Shown here: piece by piece, positions 12,762 to 26,551 of the stretch
Layout of the letters: every line of letters begins with the position of its first letter
How positions within the stretch are numbered: the first letter of the stretch is position 1
DNA from: Octopus vulgaris
Taxonomy: Eukaryota
Direction: 5' to 3'
Length of the DNA: 64,000 bases
NCBI GenBank assembly: GCA_951406725.2
Contig: OX597838.1
Location: 19,096,001 to 19,160,000, forward strand
Notes under the pieces: model-generated
Told to the model about the DNA's origin: nothing
What the model saw: the letters and a program-made list of their open reading frames with translations, nothing else
The model's database searches: none
Position numbers and translations under genes: made by a program

Positions 12762-12986
12762 TACTCTTTACTCTTTTACTTGTTTCAGTCATTTGACTGC
12801 GGCCATGCTGGAGCACCGCCTTTAGTCGAGCAAATCGACCCCAGGACTTATTCTTTGTAAGCCCAGTACTTATTCTATCGGTCTCTTTTGCCGAACCGCT
12901 AAGTGACGGGGACGTAAACACACCAGCATCGGTTGTCAAGCAATGCTAGGGGGACAAACACAGACACACAAACACACACACGCATA

Positions 12987-13036
<50 letters not shown>

Positions 13037-13200
13037 TACGACGAGCTTCTTTCAGTTTCCGTCTACCAAATCCAATCACAAGGCATTGGTCAGCCCGGGG
13101 CTATAGCAGAAGACACTTGCCCAAGATGCCACGCAGTGGGACTGAACCCCAGAACCATGTGGTTGGTTAGCAAGCTACTTACCACACAGCCACTCCTGCA

Positions 13201-13204
<4 letters not shown>
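12762..13204 (-). mobile_element. SINE family A, full length
   Basis: Complete head, internal (TA)n and AAAAGAGT tail. A + strand half-copy lies at 12558-12720. Confidence 0.9.
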
Positions 13205-13279
<75 letters not shown>

Positions 13280-13620
13280 AACGTCATTAGCTAAAGAAAT
13301 AGATAAAAAAAAACCTAGAGGCAATTCTCCAGTATGACCCCAGACCAATAATAATTGAAATAGGTAAAACAACATAAAAATGTGCTGTAAATCAGCTTAA
13401 AGCACGAGGCAACACAAGGTATTCATTCAAACCTTATTACAACAAAGTCTGATCAATGTATTTAACACATGCACACACCTCACCATTCAGCAACAAGCCA
13501 ATTCTTTCTCTATTCGGCATGAACAAGCTTCTTTGTAGTTATTCAACCTGCTAGAAATAGCAGCCAAATTACCTTCCTATTATAAACTGCCTGACAAAAA
13601 AAAGGAACATATCATGTACC

Positions 13621-13888
13621 TTAACTCTTTAGCATTCAAACTGCTTTACCAAATGTAATGTTTATTTATTCCTTTTTATGTTTCAGCCCTAAGGCTGTGG
13701 CAATGCTGGAGCACCATTATTTTAGATTAATTATGCATTGTTATAACTTCAAAATTTCAGTGATGTGATTGCTTCTTTTTAGAATGACATTGTAGGGTAG
13801 GTGTGACAGACCACATATTGTTAGTTTGAATATAGAACAGGTATAACATTTGGCCTAGATATTGTTGGTTTGAATGCTAAAAGGTAAA
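13621..13888. mobile_element. piggyBac-like MITE relic
   Basis: TTAA-CTCTTTAGCATTCAAAC ... GTTTGAATGCTAAAAGG-TAA termini. A related partial copy at 36322-36539 ends AAAGGGTTAA. Confidence 0.55.
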
Positions 13889-15182
13889 AAAAAAAAGATC
13901 GGATGGTCTGTTTTTGGCCACAGGTCTGTTCAGTCAAGGATGACCAGAAGCTAAACAACACTAAATGAATAAGTGACGCAATGAGTCATGTCATGAATAT
14001 AAATAGCTGAAACGGGATTTATCCAAAAAAATCTCTTCAATAATGTTACTTGACACGTTGTGTAGCTCAGAGAGTCTCTCCAGATCAAGTCACTACTTGT
14101 CCGCATTGGGAGGTCACAATTTTGATACTACAAACAGGTGGTCGCAGAAAAGACAGGCAAGATAGAATCTTCAGGTCAATCCAACCAGCAGGAGACCTAT
14201 GGGACAGACTAAAAACAAGATTATTGGATAAGATGCTTAGTCTCAGTTGGTCATTTTTTGGTGGGGGCCAGCTGGAATGTTTAATGATGGTGATTCTGGT
14301 AGGAACCCTGTGGAGGAAGAGGTGCCTGCAGACTCTACACCTACAACCTTTCCAAGAACATTGGGCAGAAAAAGAAGATGGATAGATGGATGGAGGAGAC
14401 AAATAGTAGCCAAGCCTACCTCAAATCACAACCTAGTCTTCAACAAAAAAAAAAAAAAAAAAGGGCAAGGATGCATTGCCTAACTTAGTCTTAGATACAC
14501 CAAAAGAAAAAGTCAAGATAATCACAGTGGAAATATCATTAATCCTAAAATCAGTTTGATCTGCGCTCACTTGGAGAAAGAAGGGCAGCAACCACAATAA
14601 GCAGGATCTCTGAGACTAGTTGAGAAAAAAAGTGCAAGACACCCGAAACTTGGCCCAAGTGCTTACAAAAGGTTGGATCCTACACAAGATACTCAAGAGC
14701 CAGATGGTGGAATTAAACCATGTGATAGACTAGGTTTGAATAAGATCTGTCACCTGAGTGGATCCTGGAAAAGCCACCCACAGGCCAAGTGGTGTTAAAG
14801 CATGCAATCGATTAGGTCTAAATTAGATCCACTGTCCTTGTCCCCGAGAAAAATACCCAAGAGTCAAGTGGTGGTAGTGGTCATCATCATCATCATCATC
14901 GTTTAACGTCCGTTCTCCATGCTAGCATGGGTTGGACGGTTCGACCGAGGATCTGGGAAGCCAGAAGGCTGCACCAGGCTCCAGTCTTATCTGGCAATGT
15001 TTCTACAGCTGGATGCCCTTCCTAATGCCAACCACTCCGTGAGTGTAGTGGGTGCTTTTTACGTGCCACCTGCACAGGTGCCAGGCGAGGCTGGCAACGG
15101 CCACGGTCGGATTGGTGTATTTTATGTGCCACCGGCACGGAAGCCAGTCGAGGCGGCGCTGGCATCGGCCAAAACTGTCAGA

Positions 15183-15610
15183 AGGCGGTGAGCTGGCAGA
15201 AACGTTAGCACGCTGGACGAAATGCGTAGCTGTACTTCGTCTGTCGTTACGTTCTGAGTTCAAATTCCGCCGAGGTCAACTTTGCCTTTCATCCTTTCGG
15301 GGTCGATAAATTAAGTACCGGTTACGCACTGGGGGTTGATGTAATCGACTTAATACCTATGTCTGTCCTTGTTTGTCCCCTCTATGTTTAGTCCCTTGTG
15401 GGTAGTAAAGAAATAGAAATAGGTACTTCGTCTGTCGTTACGTTCTGAGTTCAAATTCCGCCGAGGTCAACTTTGCCTTTCATCCTTTCGGGGTCGATAA
15501 ATTAAGTACCGGTTACGCACTGGGGTCAATGTAATCGACTTAATACCTATGTCAGTCCTTGTTTGTCCCCTCTATGTTTAGCCCCTTGTGGGCAATAAAG
15601 AAATAGGTAT
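15183..15610 (+). mobile_element. SINE family B dimer
   Basis: Head-bearing unit plus a headless unit, junction AAATAGGTACTTCG. Confidence 0.85.
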
Positions 15611-16045
15611 TAAACTGTCAGCCTTCTATAGTTTCTGTTCACCCAATTTCACTCACAAGACACTGGACAATAGAAGGGTACAGTTAAAAATGCTTCCCAA
15701 AGCTCTGTGCAGTAGGTATGAACCCAGAACCAAGGGATTGTGAAGCAACCTTCTTAACCACAAATCCAAAACACCAAATTAGAAAAAAAAACAATAAAAA
15801 CCATAGAATTAAATAAATTTAAACTGAGCAGATCTTTTTTTGCACAAACCTTTTTGTAGTAAATGTGTCAATAAAATAGTCATTTTTTTAATGCTTGAAT
15901 GATTACCAAACAGCGAGGAAGTAGGCCAAGTCAATTTGTATGACTGTCGCAACTGAAATTACACCTGGGCTTACGTGACTAGATACAAAAAACCACCCCC
16001 ACTACACGTTGATAAGCGAAAATACACCTCAGAGAACATACTTAC

Positions 16046-16156
16046 CTCCATCACTAAACATTCTCCTTTCAATTGTTGAACGAGAGATGCCAGCCTAGCA
16101 GTCTCAGACTCAGAGAAATTGGACAAGAGGATCACGGGAAAGTTCATTCTAATCAT
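16046..16156 (-). CDS. SLF1: Coding exon (probably the first coding exon) of a BRCT-domain protein, SLF1/ANKRD32-like: MIRMNFPVILLSNFSESETARLASLVQQLKGECLVME
   Basis: Minus strand ttgttctttcag|ATGATT...ATGGAG|gtaagt; 111 nt, phase 0, unique sequence. Fits the BRCT beta1-alpha1 pattern (cf. SLF1 IQMTGF..EKEAL..L..L and TopBP1 BRCT7 FQLSSL...IEKLGG, recalled from memory). Orthology unconfirmed. Confidence 0.7.
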
Positions 16157-16559
16157 CTGAAAGAACAAGCAGTGGTTGAAAATGAATTAATGATTTAAAT
16201 ATCAAATAACAGAGTTGCACGGCTACTACTACTACAACTACTACAACTACTACTGCTACTTTTACTGCAATTACTATTATTAACATTATTATGATATCAC
16301 TGTAAATACCACTTTCATTTATTATTGTTGTTGTTGTTAATATATTTTAAAGTAGGGCACATGTTAGTTACTCACATACTCAACGAGATTGTACAAGGAT
16401 GTATTAAGCAGAGTATTATCACTGTCAACTACTATAAAGACAAAGGAGATGCTATAGAGAGACCCAAATACACAGCTCCAAAGTAAAAAAAAAAAAAAAA
16501 ACAATTATGAAACCATCAGAAGGAGAGTTATAGCACAAATGATTAGGAATAGAAACAGT

Positions 16560-16844
16560 ATAGATGGCTCTGGGTTTGTGCCAAAGAGGGGACCCACAGA
16601 TGCCCTCTTCCCGCAGATGCCCTCTTCCCACAGAGACAACTAAGGCAACTCTCTCTTTACTCTTTTAACTTGTTTCAGTCATTTGACTGCGGCCATGCTG
16701 GAGCACCGCCTTTAGTCGAGCAAATCGACCCCGGGACTTATTCTTTGTAAGCCCAGTACTTATTCTATCGGTCTCTTTTGCCGAACCGCTCAGTGACGGG
16801 GACATAAACACACCAGCATCGGTTGTCAAGCAATGCTAGGCAGA

Positions 16845-16901
<57 letters not shown>

Positions 16902-18062
16902 GACAGGCTTCTTTCAGTTTCCGTCTACCAAATCCACTCACAAGGCATTGGTCGGCCCGGGGCTAAAGCAGAAGACACTTGCCCAAGATGCCACGCAGTG
17001 GGACTGAACCCAGAACCATGTGGTTGGTTAGCAAGCTACTTACCACACAGCCACTCCTGCGCCTACTTCCTGTGGAAGTTGTTACCAAAAAGTAAGTCGC
17101 TATATCATGTGTTGGCCTGGAGAAGGCTTCTGATATGTTACACTTTGTAACCTGTTGGCCACAGAAGAAACACAGGTGAAAAGTTGTGCAAGTCATAATC
17201 AAAGATGCAGACAGCAAGGTGAGAGTTAAAATTGAATTTAGAATACAAGCAGGGGTCCATCAGGGCTCAATTCTCAGTGTCCTATTTATTTTATTATAAT
17301 TCTCCGGGTCATAAAAGACTCTTGATAAGCTCTCAGTGGGAACTCTTGTATGTCAATAACCAAGTTCTTAAAGCCAGGTCTATCAGAGAGATAGAGAAAA
17401 AAAATTGATATATGGCAGCAAAGCCTAGAATTAAGAGGACTCATAATAAATCTAGAAAATGAGAAGTTCTAATTATCAGGAAAAAAGCCAGGGGTCAACT
17501 GGAGGTTGGCCATACTCAGTATGCAGAAAAGGAGTTAAGTAGGAACTGTGTATTATGTACGGATTCCAAACACACGATGCAGTAGGATCACAGACAGCGA
17601 TTGAAAAGGAGAGACACCATATGTAGTAGATGTGAAGAAGTAATTAGCAGTAAAAGTGCACATTTTAAATTGTTCCAAAGGATTCCAAAAAGATAATTAC
17701 CAAAATGAATTAGGCAGTGGAGGTCATCATCATCATCATCGTTTAACGTCCGTTTTACATGCTAGCATGGGTTGGACGGTTCGACTGGGGTCTGGGAAGC
17801 CAGGAGGCTGCACCAGGCCCAGTCTGATCTGGCAGTGTTTCTACAGCTGGATGCCCTTCCTAACGCCAACCACTCCATGAGTGTAGTGGGTGCTTTTTAC
17901 GTGCCACCGGCACAGGTGCCAGGCGAGGCTGGCAACGGCTACAATCAGTTGGTGCTTTTTACGTGCCACCGGCACAGAGGCCAGTCAAGGCGGCGCTGGC
18001 AATAGCCGTTTCAAAACTATTGTAGCCAGAATAAGAATGGCATGGGAAAAAATTCAAGAAGT
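16560..18062 (+). pseudogene. Degraded RTE-clade LINE reverse transcriptase, interrupted by SINE A (16655-17065) and family C (17724-18003)
   Basis: GFVPKRGPTDALF; GVHQGSILS; WELLYVNN (decayed YADD); IVARIRMAWEK. Confidence 0.7.
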
Positions 18063-18304
18063 GAAGGGCAAGTTCATTCACTCATCATAAAGATATGCCC
18101 ATGTTTCATCCCCTGCCATCTGATCAGAAACGGCTCCAGAAATTTGCAGCAGACCAGATCCAGCGTTGCCTCCTTGGGCAAGTATCTTCTACTTTAGCCA
18201 TGAGCTGACCAAAGCCTTGTGAGTGGATTTGGTAAGCAGAAACTGAAAGAAGCCCATCATGTGTGTGTGTGTCCTACCACCACCCACTTGACAACCAGTG
18301 TTGG

Positions 18305-18537
18305 TGGCGAGCTGGCAGAAACGTTAGCACGCAGGGCAAAATGCTTAGCGGTATTTCGTCTGCGTTACGTTGTGAGTTCAAATTCCGCCGAGGTCGACTT
18401 TGCCTTTCATCCTTTCGGGGTCGATAAATTAAGTACCAGTTACGCACAGAGGTCGATGTAATCGACTTACTACCTATGTCTGTCCTTGTTTGTCCCCTCT
18501 GTGTTTAGCCCCTTGTGGGTAATAAAGAAATAGGTAT
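18305..18537 (+). mobile_element. SINE family B monomer nested in an old SINE A
   Basis: Full head and core; old SINE A halves lie on both sides (18175-18300, 18538-18700). Confidence 0.85.
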
Positions 18538-18919
18538 GTTTACATCTCCATAACTTAGAGGTTTAGCAAGAGGGACCGACAGAATAAGTACCAGAATTAA
18601 AAAAACAAAGGAGTACCGGGGTCAATTCATTCAACTAAAAAAATTCTTCAAAGCAGTGCCCCAGCATGGCCACAGTCTAATGAGTGAAACTCGTAAAAAA
18701 AATAAGCAATAAAAGAGGCAGACCAAGACTTGTCACCTTCAAATCGGGTACCAACTTCCAGGGGACCCACTTTGCACAAATCTTCAAATACCAAGTCGTC
18801 CACCATTTTCTGGAATACGCTGTAACAAGAGTCCAGTTGTACAATAAAGCTCACGAATAACTGCCCAGCTGAATAGAAATCTTGTATACACAGCTGAGGC
18901 AGCTCATATCATTGAATCT

Positions 18920-19323
18920 TTTCTTTTATTCTTTTACTTGTTTCAGTCATTTGACTGCGGCCATGCTGGAGCACCGCCTTTAGTCGAGCAAATCGACCCC
19001 GGGACTTATTCTTTGTAAGCCCAGTACTTATTCTATCGGTCTCTTTTGCCGAACCGCTAAGTGACGGGGACATAGACACACCAGCATCGGTTGTCAAGCA
19101 ATGCTAGGGGGACAAACACAGACACACAAACACGCATATATATATATATACATACATACGACGGGCTTCTTTCAGTTTCCGTCTACCAAATCCACTCACA
19201 AGGCTTTGGTCGGCCCGAGGCTATAGTAGAAGACACTTGCCCAAGATGCCACGCAGTGGGACTGAACCCGGGACCATGTGGTTGGTTAGCAAGCTACTTA
19301 CCACACAGCCACTCCTGCGCCTA
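18920..19323 (-). mobile_element. SINE family A, full length
   Basis: Consensus match. Confidence 0.9.
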
Positions 19324-19743
19324 TGGTTTATTTAAATTTTCCTTAGAGTCAACAAATTCTTGTCCAAGCATGTGGCTGTCTATGAGTGTGTCTATACATG
19401 AGTGTGTGTATGTATAAGCATGTGCATGTGTTGTGTATGCATATGCTTATATGTCTGTGTGTGTGGAGTGTGCATGTGTGTGTTTCTATTTGTGTGTATG
19501 TCCATACTACCTATTGACCTACCTACCTACCTACCTACCTCCCCACTTATCTACCTACTTACATAATTAAGTAACTAACAATCCATATAACTAATTTAAC
19601 CACCTGAAACCTATCTACTTACCTATTTACCTACTTACAAATGTACCTACACTGTGTGGGTGGTGCCTGTGGCACTAGGGCATCCCTACCTTCTACATGT
19701 ATTTTCTATTTAGCATGGGCAATGTTTCATTTACAAGGACATA

Positions 19744-20173
19744 TACTCTTTACTCTTTTACTTGTTTCAGTCATTTGACTGTGGCCATGCTGGAGCACTG
19801 CCTTTAGTCGAGCAAATCGACCCCGGGACTTATTCTTTGTAAGCCTAGTAATTATTCGATCGGTCTCTTTTGCCGAACCGCTAAGTTACGGGGACGTAAA
19901 CACACCACCATAGGTTGTCAAGCCATGTTTGGGGAACAAACACAGACACACAAACATATATAGACACACAGACACACACATATATACATATATATATACG
20001 ACGGGCTACTTTCAGTTTCCGTCTACCAAATCCACTCACAAGGCTTTGGTCGGCCCGAGGCTATAGTAGAAGACACTTGCCCAAGGTGCCACGCAGTGGG
20101 AATGAAATGGAACCATGTGGCTGGTAAGCACTCTTGTGCCTAGCTACTTACCACACAGCCACTCCTGCGCCTA
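19744..20173 (-). mobile_element. SINE family A, full length
   Basis: Consensus match. Confidence 0.9.
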
Positions 20174-20188
20174 TATACTTGTATTTCT

Positions 20189-20420
20189 CTAAGTGATGGG
20201 TGTTTTGTGTGTGGACAAAATGTGGGTATCAGTTTGGCACAGTATGCCGCCATGTTGGTCTTTGGCATTTTTAAGGAGTATGAAGAACTGTTTCTTGTTA
20301 TACTCTCTCCAGTGCTCGTTTAATCTCTCCACTATACTCTTAGAGGTTGCCCCAATATAAGCTGTATTTCTGTCCTTACAAACTCCTTTCATGCACCTTA
20401 TATTGTACACTATGTCCCAA
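20189..20420 (-). pseudogene. GIY-YIG endonuclease fragment of a Penelope-like retroelement
   Basis: VYNIRC..C....AYIGATSKSIVERLNEH...H, the Penelope-type GIY-YIG signature. Confidence 0.75.
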
Positions 20421-21438
20421 GTTAAACAACTGACTATTTGGTTGGATATTTAACCAACTGACTAATAATAAAGAATGGAATCGAGGCAGTGAGTGTGTCA
20501 ATAATATTGGTACAATTACTTGTGAAGACCTGTTGAGGCAAGTGAGGATCAGAATCGAAATCGATCAATGGAAATTGCAGATGTGTTACCAGTGCCGGTG
20601 GCATGTAAGAGAACCTTCCGTTTCGCGACCGTTGCCAGCACCGCCCCGTTTCGTGTCCGTTGCCAGCCTCGCTTGGCCCTCGTGCCGGTGGCACATAAAA
20701 AGCACCATCCGTTCGTGGCCGTTTGCCAGCTCTGTCTGGCACCTGTGCGGGTGGCACGTAAAAAGCACCCACTACACTCTCGGAGTGGTTGGCGTTAGGA
20801 AGGGCATCCAGCCGTAGAAACACTGCCAGATTTGACTGGGCCTGATGAAGCCTTCTGGCTTCACAGACCCCAGTAGAACCGTCCAACCCATGCTAGCATG
20901 GAAAACGGACGCTAAACGATGATGATGATGACTCTCCCTAGACACAGCAAAATTTGCTTCAACACATGAATTCACATAAAGAATCTCACAAACCAGATAC
21001 AAAAACAAAATAAAGTAAAAATTAAACTAGAACAAGAGAGAAGCAGACAGAACAAGGACAATAGGATTAATATGGCAGATTGGAGGATACTGAGCTAGTA
21101 AATAAAATACACTGGATATTTATCAGAAGAAAACATAGAGAGATAAACTAGCTTTAATAGTGTTTAGAAGTACTTAATAATATAAGACAGCTGGATATAT
21201 ATATATATAACAAAAGACTTGCAGTTTGTAATGATTGTTAGTACTGAAAATAAGTTTAAAATTTAAATGGTTGACAGATCCTAAGTGCATAAGTAGACTG
21301 TACAGACTGTTTCCTAGTAGACTGTTCCCTTTTGTTCTTTCCTCCTATCTATAGTATTTTTTTCACTGTTAATCACTAACATTGTCAAGATGATTTTTTT
21401 TGTATGTGTATAATGAAGTTGAAAAAACAAAATGAAAG

Positions 21439-21835
21439 TAGGCGCAGGAGTGGCTGTGTGGTAAGCAGCTTGCTTACCAACCACATGGTCCTGGGTTCAG
21501 TCCCACTGTGTGGCACCTTGGGCAAGTGTCTTCTGCTATAGCCTCGGGCCGACCAATGCCTTGTGAGTGGATTTGGTAGACGGAAACTGAAAGAAGCCTG
21601 TCGTATATATGTATATATATATGTATGCGTGTGTGTGTGTCTGTGTTTGTCCCCCTAGCATTGCTTGACAACCGATGCTGGTGTGTTTATGTCCCCGTCA
21701 CTTAGCGGTTCGGCAAAAGAGACTGATAGAATAAGTACTGGGTTTACAAAGAATAAGTCCCGGGGTCGATTTGCTCGACTAAAGGCGGTGCTCCAGCATG
21801 GCCGCAGTCAAATGACTGAAACAAGTAAAAGAGAG
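21439..21835 (+). mobile_element. SINE family A, full length
   Basis: TAGGCGCAGGAGTGGCTGTGTGG...GGTTCAGTCCC tRNA-like head. Confidence 0.9.
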
Positions 21836-22542
21836 AGAGATAGGAGCGGCTGTGTGGTAAGTAGCTTACTTATTTAGAATGATGGATCCTGAGGGACCCA
21901 ACTTGTATTGACAGCCCAGAGTGGCCTTCGCAGGTGGCTGCTCTGGTGCTGGAAAGAAAGTACTGCGATGTTATAATTGACTCGTGTGAAAACGAGAATT
22001 ATAGAATTCTTTTTTGGAACCCTGGATTACGGTTGCAGGAATGCCTGCAAGTCACAAGAAAATTGCTCAGGGAGGGATTGTAGAGGTTTATCGCCTCCAA
22101 TTTGTGTATAAATTATGTGTTGTATTTGTGTGGACTTTTGAGTCCAAATATATTGTATTTTAAATTGTAAGAGGATCAATACCTCTGTATATGTGTTTTT
22201 AAAGAACAATGTTTTAGAGAAGCAGAGGGTCGGTGGGCACTTTCTGTCTTCTCCCATCCTTATCATCTTGTATTATTATCATTCGCCTCATCAATGTCTT
22301 GTCCAGCCCGCAAAGCTACCCATCTCTGTACTGCCTCTATGACAAATGAAATGAATAAAGGTAGCTTGCTTACCAACCACATGGTTCCAGATTCAGTCCC
22401 ATTGTGTGGCACCTTGGGCAAGTGTCTTCTACTATAGTCTTGGACTGACCAAAGCCTTGTGAGTGGATTTGGTAGATGGAAACTGAAAGAAGCCTGTCAT
22501 GTGTGTGTGTGTGTGTGTGTCGTGTGTCGCTGTTTGCCGCCC

Positions 22543-24775
22543 AGTAACATTTTCATGCTTAAATTTGTAAACTATGATAAGAATAATACTGGTCAGCAAA
22601 GAATTTGTCCTAAGAAAAAGAATACCTGTATCTTATATGATTTTGCATGTGTAATTCCAAAATAATGTCAAATTATCTGTATCACCCACAGTTTTTCTAT
22701 TCGACAATATCCCTCTCAGTTCCTGTTATGTGGGTTAAATTTCAGTTAAGCTGTTGAAATGTGAAGCTAACAGTTTAAGAAATACTCCTAATTCAAATGT
22801 TTATGAATAGAATTAACATAGTGAAATCATAGATCCAGCTATAGGAGTCAATGGGTCACTGAAGCTCGGCAATACTGAGTTGATGAGTCACCGATGCTTT
22901 GTCAGTAAAGGTGTGTTGTTGTGTACTAAGTTCAAGTATTCCATTCACCTTCAAGAAACTGTATAAACACCACAAACAATTTTTGCTATATATGAAAAAT
23001 ATGCAATTCGATGACTGGCATCCGTGCTAGTGGAGCGCTAAGAGCACCATCCGAGCATGATTGTTGCCAGAGCAGCTAACTGGCTTCCGTGCTGGTAGCA
23101 CGTAAAAAGCACCATTGGAGCGGGATCGTTACCAGCATCACCTTACTGGCACTTGTGCTGGTGGCACATAAAAAAACAACATTCAAGCGAGGTCGTTGTC
23201 AGTGCCACTGGACTGGCTCCTGTGCAGGTGGCATGTAAAAAACACCATTTGAGCGTGGCTGTTGCCAGTACTGCCTGATTGGCCCTCGTGCTGGTGGCAC
23301 GCAAAAGCACCCACTACGCTCTTGGAGTGGTTGGCATTAGGAAGAGCATCCAGCTGTAGAAACTCTGCCAGATCACATTGGAGCCTGGTGCAGCCATCTG
23401 GTTAGCCAGTTCTCAGTCAAATCATCCAACGCATGCTAGCATGGAAAGCGGATTTTAAACGATGATGATGATGATGTAAAATATTAAGACAATGAACAAA
23501 AAATATCTATAATAAAATTCTGTTTAATATAAATTTTTATAAAAACAAAACACGGTGAAGATTCAACACAAACAAACAAACACGCAGTTGTCATGGTAAT
23601 AAGCTGTAAATACCTCGTCAGTTGATTGGCTAAATTTACCCAAATTTTCCAACTTTACTTCCAAATAACGTCAGATTCTTTAATTTACACGATAAGGTTA
23701 TTGGTTGATCATAATCGAAATTCAGAGTTGCATCGAGACACCAAAAGTGAAAGCAATCGGATCTAGTCTTTCTCATTTGCAAAATGAGCCCCCTTTAATT
23801 TTGCTCAGATTACTTTCAATTTGGGTGTATCAATGCAACTCTGAATTTTGAACACGATCAACGAATTACTTTATCTCATAAATTAAAGATTCTGATGTTA
23901 TCTGGAATTAAAGCTGGGAAATTTGGGTAATTTTAGCCAATCAACAGACAGCAAGGCATTAATAGGTTATTATTATAATAACTGCACATTGTGTAGTGTT
24001 TCGGCCGCATGTGTTGATTCTTCATACGAGATTTACTTCACCCACACGTTTTGTTTTAATAAAAATTTATATCTATCAATTAGAATTTTATAATAGATAT
24101 TTTTCGTCAATTACTCTTTACTCTCTTTTACTAGTTTCAGTCATTTGACTGCAGCCATGCTGGAGCACCGCCTTTAGTCGAGCAAATCGACCCTGGGACT
24201 TATTCTTTGTAAGCCCAGTACTTATTCTATCGGTCTCTTTTGCCGAACCGCTAAGTGACGGGGACGTAAACACACCAGCATCGGTTGTCAAGCAATGCTA
24301 GGGGGACAAACACAGACACACAAACATATACACACATACATACATACATATATACATATATATGACAGGCTTCTTTCAGTTTCCGTCTACCAAATCCACT
24401 CACAAGGCTTTGGTCGGCCCGAGGCTATAGCAGAAGACACTTGCCCAAGATGTCACGCAGTGGGACTGAACCTGGAACCATGTGGTTGATTAGCAAGCTA
24501 CTTACCACACAGCCACTCCTGCGCCTATATCTTAATTATCTTAATATTTTATATATTTTTCATATATAACAAAAGTTGTTTGCCATCTTTATAGAGTTTC
24601 TTGGTATTTTGAAGGTGAATGGAATAACTGAACTTAGTACAGATAATTTAACATTATTTTTGAATTAAGCATGCAAAAACATAAGACACAGGTATTCTTT
24701 TTCTTGGGACAAATTCTTTGTTGACCAGTGTCATTATTATCGTAGTTTACAAATCCAAGCATGAAAACGTTACTC
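22543..24775. mobile_element. Large degenerate foldback centred near 23785, each arm interrupted by a retroposon
   Basis: 22543-22682 pairs with 24639-24775, 22924-23005 with 24548-24640, and 23495-23760 with 23805-24110, all inverted. Family C is inserted at 23008-23476 and SINE A at 24112-24527. Confidence 0.8.
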
Positions 24776-25140
24776 AACTTTGAAGTTTGGGAGACAGGCA
24801 TCCGCTTTACACAATTGTTCAATTTTTAAACCTCAGTAACTTTTTCCTACAATCTTTTTTCTACATCATAGCTTCATAGCAATTAGACTGGAAAACTTTA
24901 TTGTTGTAGATTTTCTGCTGTCTTTTAAAAAAATGCATATTTTGCAAATGAAGAAAAAAAAACTAGATCCAAGCAATCTGAGCAAAATTAAAGGAGGCCA
25001 ATTTTGTGGATCGGTTTAACTAGATCCCAAAGAATAAGTCCTGAGGTTGATTTGTTCAACTAAAGGCAGTGCTCCAGCATGGCCACAGTCAAATGACAAA
25101 CAAAAGAGTAAAAGAGTATATATATATATATATATATATG

Positions 25141-25279
25141 TAGGCGCAGGAGTGGCTGTGTGGTAAGTAGCTTGCTTACCAACCACATGGTTCTGGGTTC
25201 ATTCCCACTGCATGGCACCTCGGGCCAACCAAAGCCTTGTGAGTGGATTTGGTAGATGGAAACTGAAAGAAGCCCATCG

Positions 25280-25340
<61 letters not shown>

Positions 25341-25550
25341 TTGTGTGTCTGTGTTTGTCCCCGCCCCCAAACATCACTTGACAACCAATTGTGGTGTGTT
25401 TACATCCCCATAACTTAGAGGGTTCGGCAAAAAAGGACTGATAGTATAAGTACTAGGCTTTCAAAGAATAAGTCCTGGGGTCGATTTGCTCGCCTAAAGG
25501 CGGTGCTCCAGCATGGCCGCAGTCAAATGACTGAAACAAGTAGAAGAGTA
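25141..25550 (+). mobile_element. SINE family A with long (TG)n
   Basis: Consensus match. Confidence 0.9.
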
Positions 25551-25980
25551 TATGGTTGAAATTTACAGAAAAACAAAAGACAAAGACAGGTGTATGAACA
25601 ACAAGCAGATGTATAGTTTACTTCACCATGTGTTTACCGAACAAGACCAACAGCCACTCCTCAAAAGTAGCACAATTGGTGAACTTCTAAACTGCACAAT
25701 AAGCAATCTGTCACAGTCCAACTATTTCATTTGCCCACAATACCAAAACTGACTTGTCATCATGTTTTGCTACTACTACTGCTACCAAGAGTAAACAACA
25801 ACAACAACAAGATAAGCAACCACAGCAAATTCATCAACATTAGCACAGTTGATGACCTATCAAACCCCAACCCTTAGCCCTTCTCCACAGATCAACATTA
25901 TCATCTTATTCCACTGCTCCTGCTATTGCCACTACAACTACTATTACTCCAAATAGTGAAGAATCACTCCTTTCTTGAAA

Positions 25981-26313
25981 GGCGCATGGCTCAGTGGTTA
26001 CAGTGTCGAGTTTACGATCGTGAGGTTGTGAGCTCGAATCCCGGACCGGGCTGCATGTTGTGTTCTTGAGCAAGACACTTTATTTCACGTTGCTCCAGTT
26101 CACTCAGCAGTAGAAATGAGTTGCGACGTCACGGGTGCCAAGCTGTATCGGCCTTTGCCTTTCCCTTGGATAACACTGGTGGCGTGGAGAGAGGAGGCCA
26201 GTATGCATGGGCGACTGCTGGTCTTCCATAAAAACCACCTTGCCTAGACTTGTGACTAGGAGGGTAACTTTCTAGGTGCAATCCCATGGTCAGTGTCGTG
26301 ACCGAAGGGGGTC
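25981..26313 (+). mobile_element. SINE family E
   Basis: Near-identical to 7463-7795. Confidence 0.85.
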
Positions 26314-26551
26314 CCAGATTCCCCAGACTCCTTTCTTATCCCTACCATCCACTTCAATCTGACAGTATAACTCACAGCTCCACTACAAATCTGCTAGCTA
26401 ATCATAAAGCAAAATCTATGCACCATGAGCAAGTGTCTTCTACGATAGCCTCAGGCCAACCAAAGCCTTGTGAGTGGATTTGGTAGATAGAAACTGAAAG
26501 AAGCCCATTGTATATATGTAAATATATATGTGTGTGTGTGTGTGTGTGTGA

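Noticed and set aside
14050-14420. Overlapping 105-111-aa ORFs in unique-looking sequence as additional exons
   Set aside because: No convincing splice-site pair or recognisable motif, and the two BRCT exons already join seamlessly across this region.
21439-21515. SINE heads as functional tRNA genes
   Set aside because: They retain A/B boxes but lack a proper cloverleaf and are attached to SINE bodies.
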